A DNA stretch of 60,400 nt, filler included, from Candidatus Woesearchaeota archaeon (lineage in GTDB: Archaea; Nanobdellota; Nanobdellia; Woesearchaeales; CAZJJJ01): NCBI GenBank assembly GCA_046538795.1. It is 3 parts of 3 records of this genome, joined end to end, with 100 filler letters (N's around TTAATTAATTAA, not from the genome) between each part and the next. Parts side by side here need not be neighbours in the genome. Positions count along the whole stretch, not along the records: positions 21,085 to 40,899 come from JBKHIF010000022.1; 2 more parts are not named here. The stretch is one strand, 5' to 3'. Below, piece after piece: positions 29,147 through 38,995 of this stretch. The notes beneath the pieces are model-generated. The model saw only the letters and a program-made list of their open reading frames with translations, was not told where the DNA came from and ran no database searches. Both the position numbers and the translations under genes were made by a program. Within the stretch, counting starts at the first letter, position 1. The number at the start of each line of letters is the position of its first letter.

Positions 29147-30208
29147 TTATTGCACGCAGTCAGGATCGTTATTTTCATTGCAGTTGGGAGGACAATAATT
29201 GTCATTAGGCTTGCATGTGGTTATTGGTATCCACACGCAGACTTTATTTGGGCTTCCAAGACACATGTCGCTTGTTGCCGGATTATTGTCATCGCAGTCG
29301 CTGTTTTCAGTACAGCTGTTGTCTTCCCGGATAGGTTCATCACTTGTTTTTGTTATATTGTTATTGTTACTATTATTGCTTTCTTTTTTTTCGTCATCTG
29401 TTTTACCAGGTTCTATCTGTCTTATATGGATATTTGAGCATCTTGAGTCTTTGGTTGCAGGATAAAGGCACCTGTCTGTGGTATTATCATCATTATCATC
29501 ACAATCTGAATTATCGCAGCAATTATATTTTATGCATTCATCTCCTGTAAAATATTCACAATATCCGCAAAAAGGGACAAATTGCTGATCATCTGAAACT
29601 GTTTCGTTTTCATTGTCTTGCTGTATATTATTATTATTATTATTATTATTTGTGTTGTCGTTAGATAAATTTTCTTTAAGCTCAAGATACATAAAAATCA
29701 CTGCTCCTAAAGCTGCAATAAGAACAATTATCAAAAACACTGCTCCGAATATAAGTATCCTGTTATGGTTATCGAATCGTCCTGACATGTCCTTTAAAGT
29801 CTGGTGCATAATTTCTCTGGGAGGTCTTCCATTCCTGTAAGAAGCCTTGCCATCAGTTTGGCTGTAATCATCATTTCCTGCATATAAGCTGTCATCATTG
29901 TTTTTTGATTTTAGCCTGCTGAAACTTGATTTTACAAGGTTCTTTAGCTCTTCTGAATCTTTATTTGCATTTTCAGGAATTGATGTTGAGTTTGATTGTG
30001 CAAGCTGGCTTGAGTTTTCCTGTGATTTATTATGGCCTTTGTCCAGGAATTCTTTTTCAAACGAGATCTCGTTTGAGATTGTCTTTATTATATCATCTAT
30101 CTCTGAGAATGAATAACCCTGTTTGAGAAACATTTTTCTCACAGTTCTTGTGTCATATCCTCTTTCAAGAAGCTCTCTGATGTAGTTTTTTACAACATCA
30201 TCTACCAT
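29147..30208 (-). CDS. Paralogous Cys/Asp-rich repeat surface protein
   Basis: Same architecture as the neighbour; poly-Asn linker; shared CC.NSDCDD and T.DSRC motifs. Confidence 0.8.
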   Translation of the reverse strand: MVDDVVKNYIRELLERGYDTRTVRKMFLKQGYSFSEIDDIIKTISNEISFEKEFLDKGHNKSQENSSQLAQSNSTSIPENANKDSEELKNLVKSSFSRLKSKNNDDSLYAGNDDYSQTDGKASYRNGRPPREIMHQTLKDMSGRFDNHNRILIFGAVFLIIVLIAALGAVIFMYLELKENLSNDNTNNNNNNNNIQQDNENETVSDDQQFVPFCGYCEYFTGDECIKYNCCDNSDCDDNDDNTTDRCLYPATKDSRCSNIHIRQIEPGKTDDEKKESNNSNNNNITKTSDEPIREDNSCTENSDCDDNNPATSDMCLGSPNKVCVWIPITTCKPNDNYCPPNCNENNDPDCVQ

Positions 30209-30341
30209 GATGATTTTTTTGCCCTGAAAGTATTTAATCTTTTCTGCGCACATGTAATTACTTTTAAGTGGTTATAAATAGAAAATTTTATAAATGATTA
30301 GCTGGTTATTGTTGAAAAATCATGCTTTTTGAGGTGTAAAA

Positions 30342-31007
30342 ATGAGTCGTGAGGAAAATTTGGGTTATAGTCGTGCTTTGAATGCTGCTATGGAATATAT
30401 AAACACTCAGTATGGAGGAGAGGTTCCGGCAGGTTCAATCAGAAGGCGTCAGATGAGGAAGATAAAGAAGCTTTCAAGTTCATTTAGTGATAGATTTACT
30501 GATTCCCGATATGAAAACAGAAGAACTAATTATCATAGGCATACGCTTAACGAATTCAATAGTGGGGTGCATGGAATTCTTGATGAGCCTAAAACACAGC
30601 TTGAAAATGAGCTTGATCGTTTTAAGAGAGATGAGATTGAATATCCCTGCACAAGAAATGATGGATGGCTCAACATAGTAAGAGAATCCAATGAAGGCAT
30701 TAAAGAGTTTGTGAGAGGTTTATATGAAGAAGCAAGTGAATATGCTTTAAGATACATGCCTTCTGGATCTGAAAGAAGAACGAGATTTCAGCATACTGTA
30801 TCAGAGAGAATAGAAAATCTTGAGGCTCTTCTTGATCATGACCTGGATACGCTTGAAGACAACATAACAGGTATTGCACAATCAAAAAACGAGCAGCTGC
30901 ACAGGAGAGCTGCTGAGCTTACTGAGAGATATAATAAAGCGATACACAGACCTGTTACCACGAGACGATCCTTTTGGTCAAGGGTAAAGAATATTTTTAG
31001 GAGATGA
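30342..31007 (+). CDS. Hypothetical helical protein (tandem paralog 1)
   Basis: GAGGTG RBS; shares WLNIVRESNEGIKEFVRGLYEEA with the next gene. Confidence 0.8.
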   Translation: MSREENLGYSRALNAAMEYINTQYGGEVPAGSIRRRQMRKIKKLSSSFSDRFTDSRYENRRTNYHRHTLNEFNSGVHGILDEPKTQLENELDRFKRDEIEYPCTRNDGWLNIVRESNEGIKEFVRGLYEEASEYALRYMPSGSERRTRFQHTVSERIENLEALLDHDLDTLEDNITGIAQSKNEQLHRRAAELTERYNKAIHRPVTTRRSFWSRVKNIFRR

Positions 31008-31036
31008 TTTTTATTATTTTATAGGATTTGGTTAAG

Positions 31037-31615
31037 ATGGTTTTAAATGATAAAGTTATAGGTTATGAAAGGGCAATCACAGTCGCAAAAGATTTTTTGG
31101 GAGACAGATATGATTCCCTTGAAAGAAGAGAAAAAAGAAAGATCGAAAAGCTTTCAAGGTCATATGGCAAAAGATTTTCAGACCCCAGGTATGAAAATAC
31201 AAGAACTCAGTATCATAAAGATACAGTAAATCACTTTCAGAAAGATCTTATTAAGATTTTTAATGGTCCTGAGATAAGTGATATTGAGTTTTCTCTTGAA
31301 AGAAATGAAAGCTGGCTCAACATAGTAAGAGAATCCAATGAAGGTATTAAAGAGTTTGTTAGAGGATTATATGAAGAAGCAAACGAACAGGCTTTAAGAT
31401 ACATGCCTTATGGGAGTGAAAGAAGAAAGAGATTTCAGGATATTATGTCAGAGAGAATTAGGAATGTTGATGCCCTTCTTGATAGTGATCTGGAAACACT
31501 TGAAGAGAGAATAAGGAAGGTTAATGAATCAAAAGATCGTCGAAAGAGTGCCGAAGAACTTAATGAAAGATATTTTAGAGCATTACAGAGCAAGAGAAAA
31601 TCGAAAAAAAGATGA
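31037..31615 (+). CDS. Hypothetical helical protein (tandem paralog 2)
   Basis: Colinear similarity to the preceding gene. Confidence 0.8.
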   Translation: MVLNDKVIGYERAITVAKDFLGDRYDSLERREKRKIEKLSRSYGKRFSDPRYENTRTQYHKDTVNHFQKDLIKIFNGPEISDIEFSLERNESWLNIVRESNEGIKEFVRGLYEEANEQALRYMPYGSERRKRFQDIMSERIRNVDALLDSDLETLEERIRKVNESKDRRKSAEELNERYFRALQSKRKSKKR

Positions 31616-31621
31616 GCTTTA

Positions 31622-33757
31622 TTATTTTTTATCAACAAGTTCAGCCTTTTTTACAATAAGCCTTCCTGTATATTTGTCTTCAGCAATAATTTCAGATTCA
31701 ATTATCTTAATCTTTTTTTCAAACATGGGTGAGTCAAGGACTAACGATTCATATTCTCCACCTTCGCCTGCGACATTAAATCCTATCTTTTCATTCAGAT
31801 CGATAAGTTTTTTCAGGTCATCGTGTGTTATTATCTTTCCAAGCCACTTCTTGTCAAGACCATCTGCTGCGATAGAACTCATCGTAACTTCAAATCCTGA
31901 ATTGATTATCTCTTTTAGTTCCTGTTCTTGAGGCACATGCCAAAGAGGTGCAAATATCTTTAGTTCAAGCTTGTCGAGTATCTTTTCGATCCTTTCACGC
32001 TGATAATTTGAAAATAATGCTCCTGTAACAACACCTTGTATCTTGTGCTTCTTTTTTGCCAAAATAAGGGCTTTTTCAAGGTCTTCTAATTCTGTTTCCT
32101 TGATTCCTTCTGTCTCATATGAAATAAGCGGTATTCCCATTGATTTTGCCTGATGTTCTACAAGATCGATATTTGGTGTGTGAAACATGTATGAGTCAGG
32201 ATTCTTGCTTCTAAGTGATATCAGGCAATCTATCGCATAATTTTGGTTTTTCATGACCCAAAGTGCATAAGAACTGTCTTTTCCTGAGCTGAACAGTGCG
32301 CCAAGCCTTAAGTTATGATCCTTATAGAATTGTCTTAAGTAGGCAGAGATGTATTTTTCTTTTGCTTTCTTGGTAAGCTTGATAAGACCTTTATGGAAAT
32401 TGCTTCCGTATTGTGCTGCTGTCTTTTTTCGTTTACATATCTCTTTAGGAACACCAAGCTTTTTTGCAACATCTCTTAATATTAATTTGGATTGTTCAGA
32501 ATTAAGCTTGTATTTTGGAGGTATCCTTAGTGCATACTTTACCAGATCAAGATCAAGAAGAGGAAGCCTAAGTTCAATACTATTATACATTGTAATAACA
32601 TCATCGCGGTACAGATCTCGTTCATACATCTTAAGAAGTCCTGAGACGCATTCCTTATTGATGTTTATCGAGTTCTTGTGGCGCTCATAACCTGCGAAAA
32701 TTTCTTCAGAACCAAGCCCTGAAAATATTACCTTGCATCCGTCTTTTTTAGCTTCTTCACAGGCAACATAAAATGGTACTGCAACTCCTGTTTTTACGAC
32801 ATTTGTGTCTTCGATTATGGGGATTACTTTTTTAATCGTCTTTTCCATCTCATCTAATGTAATCTTTTTTATCTTTAGATCAAGGCCTATTAATTTTGCC
32901 GCCTTTTTTGCATAATAGATATCTTTTGGTTCTTTTAGAGAAGGATCATCTAATGCAGCAGTATAGCAAGTAAAATCATATCCAAGTTTTTTTAAAATAA
33001 ATGCGATAAATACAGAATCGATTCCTCCGGAAAACAATATTCCGAACTTTTTTTCAGGAATACGCTTTTTTATAGCTTTGATGAGTAGTTCTTCAACATC
33101 TTTTTCAATTTTCTTTTTTGATATTTTCAGTTCAGGAGTTATTGAAAAGAATTCTCTTTGAAGAAAACTGATTTTATTTTTTTTTATGTCATAGACGAGA
33201 ACCTTTCGTGGATTAAGCTCATGGATGTCAAGAAAACCCATCTCTTCAAGCGCCTTCTTTTCAGATGCAAAAGAAAGTCCTGAATTTGTCGAGTACCACA
33301 ATGGTTTAATTCCCATTATGTCGCGTGCAAGATAAACCTTGTTCTGATGCCACCATGAAAAGGCATATACTCCGTCAAGTTTAGCAATTGTTTCAAGAAT
33401 TTTCTCTGTTTTGTTTTTTTTAAGAAATTCAAATATTAGTTCAGAATCGTTATTTGACTTAAGATCATGTTTTTTTTTGATCTCGTTCCAGTTATATATC
33501 TCACAATTAACAGCAAAACAGTCTTCTTTAGTTCTTATAGGCTGTTTTACAAAACCGACTATCGAATGAAGACAGTGGCCTATTGAATTGTCACTCTTTT
33601 TTGTCTTAAGGCCATCAACTTTTTTTGAATATACTGGATCATTATCTCCTGATATGATTCCAAAATTATCATTACCCCTGTTTTTCAAAACAGAAAGACC
33701 TGTTTTTACAAGTTCAGCAGAGTTTTTGTTTCCAAAAACACCTATTATTCCGCACAT
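31622..33757 (-). CDS. Asparagine-synthase-like protein fused to diphthine--ammonia ligase (Dph6)
   Basis: N-terminal MCGI Ntn Cys, LARD.MGIKPLWY, FSGGIDS; C-terminal FSSGKDS, DSYMFH, YQRERIE, GEGGEYES. Confidence 0.88.
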   Translation of the reverse strand: MCGIIGVFGNKNSAELVKTGLSVLKNRGNDNFGIISGDNDPVYSKKVDGLKTKKSDNSIGHCLHSIVGFVKQPIRTKEDCFAVNCEIYNWNEIKKKHDLKSNNDSELIFEFLKKNKTEKILETIAKLDGVYAFSWWHQNKVYLARDIMGIKPLWYSTNSGLSFASEKKALEEMGFLDIHELNPRKVLVYDIKKNKISFLQREFFSITPELKISKKKIEKDVEELLIKAIKKRIPEKKFGILFSGGIDSVFIAFILKKLGYDFTCYTAALDDPSLKEPKDIYYAKKAAKLIGLDLKIKKITLDEMEKTIKKVIPIIEDTNVVKTGVAVPFYVACEEAKKDGCKVIFSGLGSEEIFAGYERHKNSININKECVSGLLKMYERDLYRDDVITMYNSIELRLPLLDLDLVKYALRIPPKYKLNSEQSKLILRDVAKKLGVPKEICKRKKTAAQYGSNFHKGLIKLTKKAKEKYISAYLRQFYKDHNLRLGALFSSGKDSSYALWVMKNQNYAIDCLISLRSKNPDSYMFHTPNIDLVEHQAKSMGIPLISYETEGIKETELEDLEKALILAKKKHKIQGVVTGALFSNYQRERIEKILDKLELKIFAPLWHVPQEQELKEIINSGFEVTMSSIAADGLDKKWLGKIITHDDLKKLIDLNEKIGFNVAGEGGEYESLVLDSPMFEKKIKIIESEIIAEDKYTGRLIVKKAELVDKK

Positions 33758-33816
33758 GATCTAAAAAAATCGAATTTTCTTTTTAAAGGTTTGTTTAGGA
33801 TAAGAACAAAAAGTTA

Positions 33817-34248
33817 TCATAAAGAAATTATCAAAGAAATAATTATCCCAAGAGCAATACCAGTTACTACCTGCAAAGGTGTATGTCCCATGAGTTCATT
33901 TAGGCTTTTAGCTCTCATGTGCTCTTTTTTCATGATCTTGTTGATGAGTGTTGCTTCTTCTCCGGCTTCGCGTCTTACGCCCATCGCATCTACTATAACT
34001 ATTATACCAAATACCAAAGATATAATAAAACCTGTGCTTAATCCCTCAAATATGAATATAGATGAAGAAAGCGAAGATACAAGAGCAGAATGCGTAGATG
34101 GCATTCCTCCGTTCCTTGCAAGAACTTTGTATAATGCTTTTTTTGCAATAATTGATTCTGTAGTGAACTTTATGAGCTGACTTATTATCGCAGTGATTAT
34201 TACAGAATAAAATATTATCGTTGTGTAATTCTCTGAACCTATAATCAT
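33817..34248 (-). CDS. Divergent PAP2 family membrane protein (DUF212-like)
   Basis: GGMPSTHSA, DAMGVRREAG, ELMGHTPLQV. Confidence 0.88.
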   Translation of the reverse strand: MIIGSENYTTIIFYSVIITAIISQLIKFTTESIIAKKALYKVLARNGGMPSTHSALVSSLSSSIFIFEGLSTGFIISLVFGIIVIVDAMGVRREAGEEATLINKIMKKEHMRAKSLNELMGHTPLQVVTGIALGIIISLIISL

Positions 34249-34335
34249 ATTATTATTTTTTTCTTATTGGAATAAATAGTTTTCTGTTAGGAGATTTAGG
34301 AAAACAATTTATAGAACGATATTTTTGTAAGAATT

Positions 34336-35805
34336 ATGAAAGCAATACTTGACTGTTACACAGATGAACCTGCAGGTTTAGGAGTACCTCCATATCTGGG
34401 AGTCTATCCAAGATATGTCTATGGTCAACTAAAAAAACAAAATAAGGATGAAGATATCTATTACCTTACAATAGATGATGTAAGGCTCTGGAAAAAATAT
34501 GATTCTGTTATACCTGAAACAAAGATTTCGCAAAAGACTGATATTTCAGTATATAATCTTTCAAAAAATTATAATGAAGCATCAAAAATTATTGAAAATT
34601 CTGATGAGATCATAGTGATTTCTGGTGCTCACACCTCAGGGAAATATCTAAGCGCAATACCAGGTTCGGTTTCTGAAGTAAAAAGATACCTTTCAGATGT
34701 AAAGGCAAGAATACATATTGCAGGACCTGAAAGTACAGAATTCGGGTCAAGTTTTCACGGTGGGAAAAAACGAACTAAGATTGAAGATGATTTCTTTGAT
34801 TCTGTCTTTAAAATTGAAAATGATTATGATAAATTAAGAGATTTTGCTATTTTAGGGGCAGAGGTTGCTTCCCAGGCATTTACGCCTTTTATAGCAGAAC
34901 TTGAGACTGCGCATGGCTGCACACGAAGTCCAGGTTGTTCTTTTTGTCTTGAACCTATGAAAAACTGTCTTGCATTCAGGAAACAGGATGATATAATAAA
35001 AGAAGCAAAGATCTTAAGAAAATATACTTCATTTTTTAGGCTGGGGAAACAGAGCTGTTTTTTTTCATATATGGGAGGAAAATTAAGTGAGATCGAAAAA
35101 CTTCTGAAATCATTGTCAGACCTAAAACCTAACGTTCTTCATATTGATAATGCAAATCCTTCTATGGTTAATGAAGAAAGGACAAAACTTATCACAAGAT
35201 ACTGCACTTCAGGAAATGTAGCTGCATTTGGTGCAGAAACCTTTGATCCCGAGGTCATCAAAAAAAATAATCTGAATTCAGATCCAGATACAGTTCGAAA
35301 AGCAGTTGAGATTATAAACAAATGTGGAAAAGAAAAAGGAGAAAACGGCATGCCTTTATTTTTACCTGGAATAAATATCCTTTTTGGTCTTATCGGTGAA
35401 TCAAAAAAAACCTTTGACTATGATTTTTCAGCATTAAAAGAAATCCTTGATTCTGATCTTCTTCTAAGAAGGATAAATATTCGTCAGGTGATTTTGTTTG
35501 AAGGTACACAGCTTTCTAAAGAAGCAGGAACAAAATTTCTTAAGAAAAACAAGAAATATTACTGGAAATGGAGAAACAAGATAAGGCAGGAAATAGATTT
35601 TCCAATCCTTGAAAAGATGCTTCCCCTAGGATCTGTGCTTAAAGATGTCTATATGGAAATATACGACGGAAAACATACCTTTGGAAGACAGTTTGGAACC
35701 TATCCGCTAATAATTGGTGTCAGCAAAAGAGTCGAGACAAGAAAATTCTATAATGTTAAGGTTATAAAACATAATCTAAGGAGCATAGAGGTTGAGATAG
35801 TCTAA
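34336..35805 (+). CDS. Radical SAM protein with C-terminal TRAM-like domain
   Basis: DCYTDEPAGLGVPPY N-terminus, CTRSPGCSFC cluster motif, HIDN, RRINIRQV, GRQFGTYP. Confidence 0.82.
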   Translation: MKAILDCYTDEPAGLGVPPYLGVYPRYVYGQLKKQNKDEDIYYLTIDDVRLWKKYDSVIPETKISQKTDISVYNLSKNYNEASKIIENSDEIIVISGAHTSGKYLSAIPGSVSEVKRYLSDVKARIHIAGPESTEFGSSFHGGKKRTKIEDDFFDSVFKIENDYDKLRDFAILGAEVASQAFTPFIAELETAHGCTRSPGCSFCLEPMKNCLAFRKQDDIIKEAKILRKYTSFFRLGKQSCFFSYMGGKLSEIEKLLKSLSDLKPNVLHIDNANPSMVNEERTKLITRYCTSGNVAAFGAETFDPEVIKKNNLNSDPDTVRKAVEIINKCGKEKGENGMPLFLPGINILFGLIGESKKTFDYDFSALKEILDSDLLLRRINIRQVILFEGTQLSKEAGTKFLKKNKKYYWKWRNKIRQEIDFPILEKMLPLGSVLKDVYMEIYDGKHTFGRQFGTYPLIIGVSKRVETRKFYNVKVIKHNLRSIEVEIV

Positions 35806-36402
35806 TTGTCTTTTTATAATATCAAACAAAACTTTATGTCCTTTTGCATTCGGATGAAGGCCGTCGTCATATAATTCTTCTCTGTTATCCTGATTTTCAA
35901 ATTCTTCAAATGTTGTTATTATTGAAATATTTTCTTCTTCTGCAACATTTTTCATTATATTACCATATTCTTTAATCCCATCATTATAAAAGAAAATGTC
36001 TTTTCCTTTCCAAGGATTGCATTTGTCTTCTAATACAGGATTTCCTCTGATAAGGATAACATTTCCTGCAAGAGTCTTAGCAATAGATATAATCTTCTTT
36101 AGATTTTCCCTGTATTCATCTTCAGGAACAAGAGGCTCTTTTTTTTCGATCCTTGAATCGTTTGTTCCTATGCAGATGAAGATGGTAATCTCGTCTTTTG
36201 GATAATGTTTGATTCTTGCAAGAGATTCTGATTCTATTCTTTTCAGAAGATTCCTTGATGTATCTCCTGGAACAGCTAAATTATAGAAATACCTGTGTTT
36301 TTCTTTTTCTTCGAGATATTTTCTCATATGTCCTGCCCAGCCGCCAAACTCATAATCAGTTTCTCCAAAGGTTGTGCTTGCGCCAAATAGAAGGTATCTC
36401 AT
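35776..36402 (-). CDS. SGNH/GDSL hydrolase
   Basis: FGASTTFG, NLAVPG, IGTND, DGLHPN. Confidence 0.88.
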   Translation of the reverse strand: MRYLLFGASTTFGETDYEFGGWAGHMRKYLEEKEKHRYFYNLAVPGDTSRNLLKRIESESLARIKHYPKDEITIFICIGTNDSRIEKKEPLVPEDEYRENLKKIISIAKTLAGNVILIRGNPVLEDKCNPWKGKDIFFYNDGIKEYGNIMKNVAEEENISIITTFEEFENQDNREELYDDGLHPNAKGHKVLFDIIKRQLDYLNLYAP

Positions 36403-37466
36403 TCAAACACCCATTTTCCGTTTTTTTGGACTGTTTTCCCATCAACGATGATCTCTCCTGAGTTTCTTAGATCTTTTACAATATCATAATGAAGGGCGCT
36501 TTCATTTTTTCCACCGCCTTCCTTGTATGCCTTGCCTAATGCAAGATGAATAGTTCCACCTATCTTTTCATCAAAAAGAAGATTCTTTACATATCTCTTG
36601 ATGCCAAAATTAGTTCCAATTCCAAACTCTCCTATGTAGTGTGATCCTTCATCTGTCTCGATAAGCTTTTTTAGAAGTTCTTCATTCTTGTCAGCTGTTG
36701 CTTTTACAACCCTTCCCTTTTCAAATTCAAGATAGATGTTTGTTATCTCTTTTCCATCTCTTATTCCAGGATATGTGAATCTTATGTGGCCTTCGACAGT
36801 ATCTTTTACAGGAGCATAGAATACTTCGCCATCAGGCATGTTGAATCCGCCGTCACATTTGTTTCCTGTCCTGTCCTTGATCGAAAATCTAAGATCAGTA
36901 TCATTATCCTTTATCTCAACAATATCATGATTGTCAAACAGATCCTTTATCTTGTCCTGATATCTTGATTGTTCGCTCCAATCTATGTTTGTCGAGGAAT
37001 ATACAAAATCTTCATATTCTTCTAAAGACATGTCGGCTTCCACTGCCTGAGCATTTGTAGGAAACATGGTTATTACCCATTTTTTGTTATCAACAATATA
37101 ATTGCTTATCTTTCTTGTAATAGCCATCCTTTTGGCAATCTTTCCGGAATCAATTGAACTTAGCTGTCTTGTGTTTTCAGGAGCGCCAATCTTTATGAAT
37201 GAATCAAAATACCTGGAATTGAACTCATCATGCTCTGGGAAATGATCAAGCTGTTCATCTGATGCAGTTTTTAGAAGCAGATATCTTGTCTCTGAAAAAT
37301 CTGCGTTTATATATGGGAATCCACCTGCTTCTAATACTTTTACATAGACTGCAAGCATAAGTTCTTTTGCTTGAGTTTGCCCTTCGATCGCTACCTTTTC
37401 GCCTTTCTTAACCTTTATAGAATGATTTACTAATATATCTGCCAGCTTCTCTATCCTCTGATCCAT
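36399..37466 (-). CDS. Aminopeptidase (M29, AmpS/PepS type)
   Basis: NMPDGEVF, IGEFGIGTN, LFDEKIGGTIHLALG, SALHYD. Confidence 0.92.
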   Translation of the reverse strand: MDQRIEKLADILVNHSIKVKKGEKVAIEGQTQAKELMLAVYVKVLEAGGFPYINADFSETRYLLLKTASDEQLDHFPEHDEFNSRYFDSFIKIGAPENTRQLSSIDSGKIAKRMAITRKISNYIVDNKKWVITMFPTNAQAVEADMSLEEYEDFVYSSTNIDWSEQSRYQDKIKDLFDNHDIVEIKDNDTDLRFSIKDRTGNKCDGGFNMPDGEVFYAPVKDTVEGHIRFTYPGIRDGKEITNIYLEFEKGRVVKATADKNEELLKKLIETDEGSHYIGEFGIGTNFGIKRYVKNLLFDEKIGGTIHLALGKAYKEGGGKNESALHYDIVKDLRNSGEIIVDGKTVQKNGKWVFE

Positions 37467-37480
37467 AATATCTACCTCAC

Positions 37481-38437
37481 TTAAGAAAAATCATCAGGAC
37501 TATACCTGTTAGTCGTGTTGATTGCTTTTTTTAGGATAGAAGAAGATGCATTGCTTTTTTTATTTGTTTTGTTTTTAGGACTGCTCTTGGTTTTTGTCTT
37601 GGTTGATTTTTTCTTTGATTTTTGTTTTGGTTTCTTAAGAGATGTCTTGAATACGATCTTGTCAGGAGAGAACTGTCTTCTTTCCTTTGGCTGTTCTTTT
37701 TTCTCTTCTTGTTTCTGTTCTTGTTCTGTCTCTTTTGTTGGCTGAGACCTTGCTTGCTTGTCCTGCATGATCCTGTTAATCTCCATCCTGAACTTCATCC
37801 TTCCGATCATGCTTGAATACTTATCTTCGTTCCTGAAATCTCCTCTCCATTCAAGCGGAACTTGCACGAATCTTGAGTTGTTCTTGATTGCTCTAAGAAG
37901 CATCTCTGTAAAGAAAAATTCATCTTCATACTCGAGAAAGAATCTTTTTCTTAAGTAATAGTTCCTGTTTATAAGAAAAACTCCTGAATCTATGTCTGTT
38001 ATAAGAGGACATCCAAACATCCTGCTTACTTTTTCACTCATAGCAATTATTGGTGCGGCATGAGAAAAATGCGCCATATCATTCCGGAATCCAATGTCCT
38101 GTGTCCTTGATGCAAACACTAAATCATAGCTGTCTGCATAAGCAAGAAGTTTTTGGATCTCCTGTGCCTCATAGCGTCCTTCCGGATCCATGAAGATAAC
38201 AATATTTCCCTGTGCTCTCTCGATTCCAAGAGTTATGCTTTCTTTTATGCTGTCTGCAGAAAGAAGCCTTGCTTTTGTATAACTTACTTCTTTTATGGTA
38301 TTGTCTTCAGAATGAGTATCGATTACGATAATGTCGTCAACATAACCTGTCAGATAAAGATCTTCTATAACGTATTTTATTGTATTCGCATTATTTTTTG
38401 TAGCTAATACTACAGTGACTTTATCTTTGTTCCACAT
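37481..38437 (-). CDS. GT2 glycosyltransferase-like protein with Lys-rich tail
   Basis: VTVVLAT.N, IIVIDTHSEDNT; DxD replaced by DPE; DIDSG. Confidence 0.7.
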   Translation of the reverse strand: MWNKDKVTVVLATKNNANTIKYVIEDLYLTGYVDDIIVIDTHSEDNTIKEVSYTKARLLSADSIKESITLGIERAQGNIVIFMDPEGRYEAQEIQKLLAYADSYDLVFASRTQDIGFRNDMAHFSHAAPIIAMSEKVSRMFGCPLITDIDSGVFLINRNYYLRKRFFLEYEDEFFFTEMLLRAIKNNSRFVQVPLEWRGDFRNEDKYSSMIGRMKFRMEINRIMQDKQARSQPTKETEQEQKQEEKKEQPKERRQFSPDKIVFKTSLKKPKQKSKKKSTKTKTKSSPKNKTNKKSNASSSILKKAINTTNRYSPDDFS

Positions 38438-38483
38438 CAATCTATATTTTGGAATAACTCATTAATAAAATATTTGGTTTTGC

Positions 38484-38957
38484 CTAAACAAACCAAAATA
38501 TTATTGCAAACACGAAGAAACTTACCGAAACAACAAAGGTATTCTTAAGAATTACCTTCCTGTCTTTTTTTCTGTATTCCTTTATTATGTAACTTCCGAA
38601 AGGAAATCCTGTCAAAAACACAAGCGATGCCATGATCGTGAACATATCGCTTTTTGCACTCAAACCTAAAAAAAATCCCAAAAGAGGATATATGGCATAC
38701 TTGAGCAAAGGGAATCTCTTATACAGGAAAGATGAGAACAAAAGCACCAGAAGCGCTATGAAAAGAGATATTGCAATCCCGCCATTCTTAACATAGATAA
38801 AAAAGAATATTGATGCTGAAAGCATTATAAAAAAGAAATACCTGAAGTACTTTCTTCCTGGTGCAAGCTCTTCAGGAGCAATAAATATCAGCAAATTTCC
38901 TGCAAATACGCCCAGATAAGAAACTATTGCAGCGATCAGGTATGTTATGAAATTCAT
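38484..38957 (-). CDS. Membrane protein
   Basis: 5-6 TM helices, APEELAPGRKYF motif. Confidence 0.7.
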   Translation of the reverse strand: MNFITYLIAAIVSYLGVFAGNLLIFIAPEELAPGRKYFRYFFFIMLSASIFFFIYVKNGGIAISLFIALLVLLFSSFLYKRFPLLKYAIYPLLGFFLGLSAKSDMFTIMASLVFLTGFPFGSYIIKEYRKKDRKVILKNTFVVSVSFFVFAIIFWFV

Positions 38958-38995
38958 ACAAACTTGATTTGAGAACTTTCTTTATTAATGTTTCG

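Noticed and set aside
29628..29648. (TTA)7 microsatellite
   Set aside because: In-frame poly-Asn linker; length changes would not shift the frame, so no phase-variation signal
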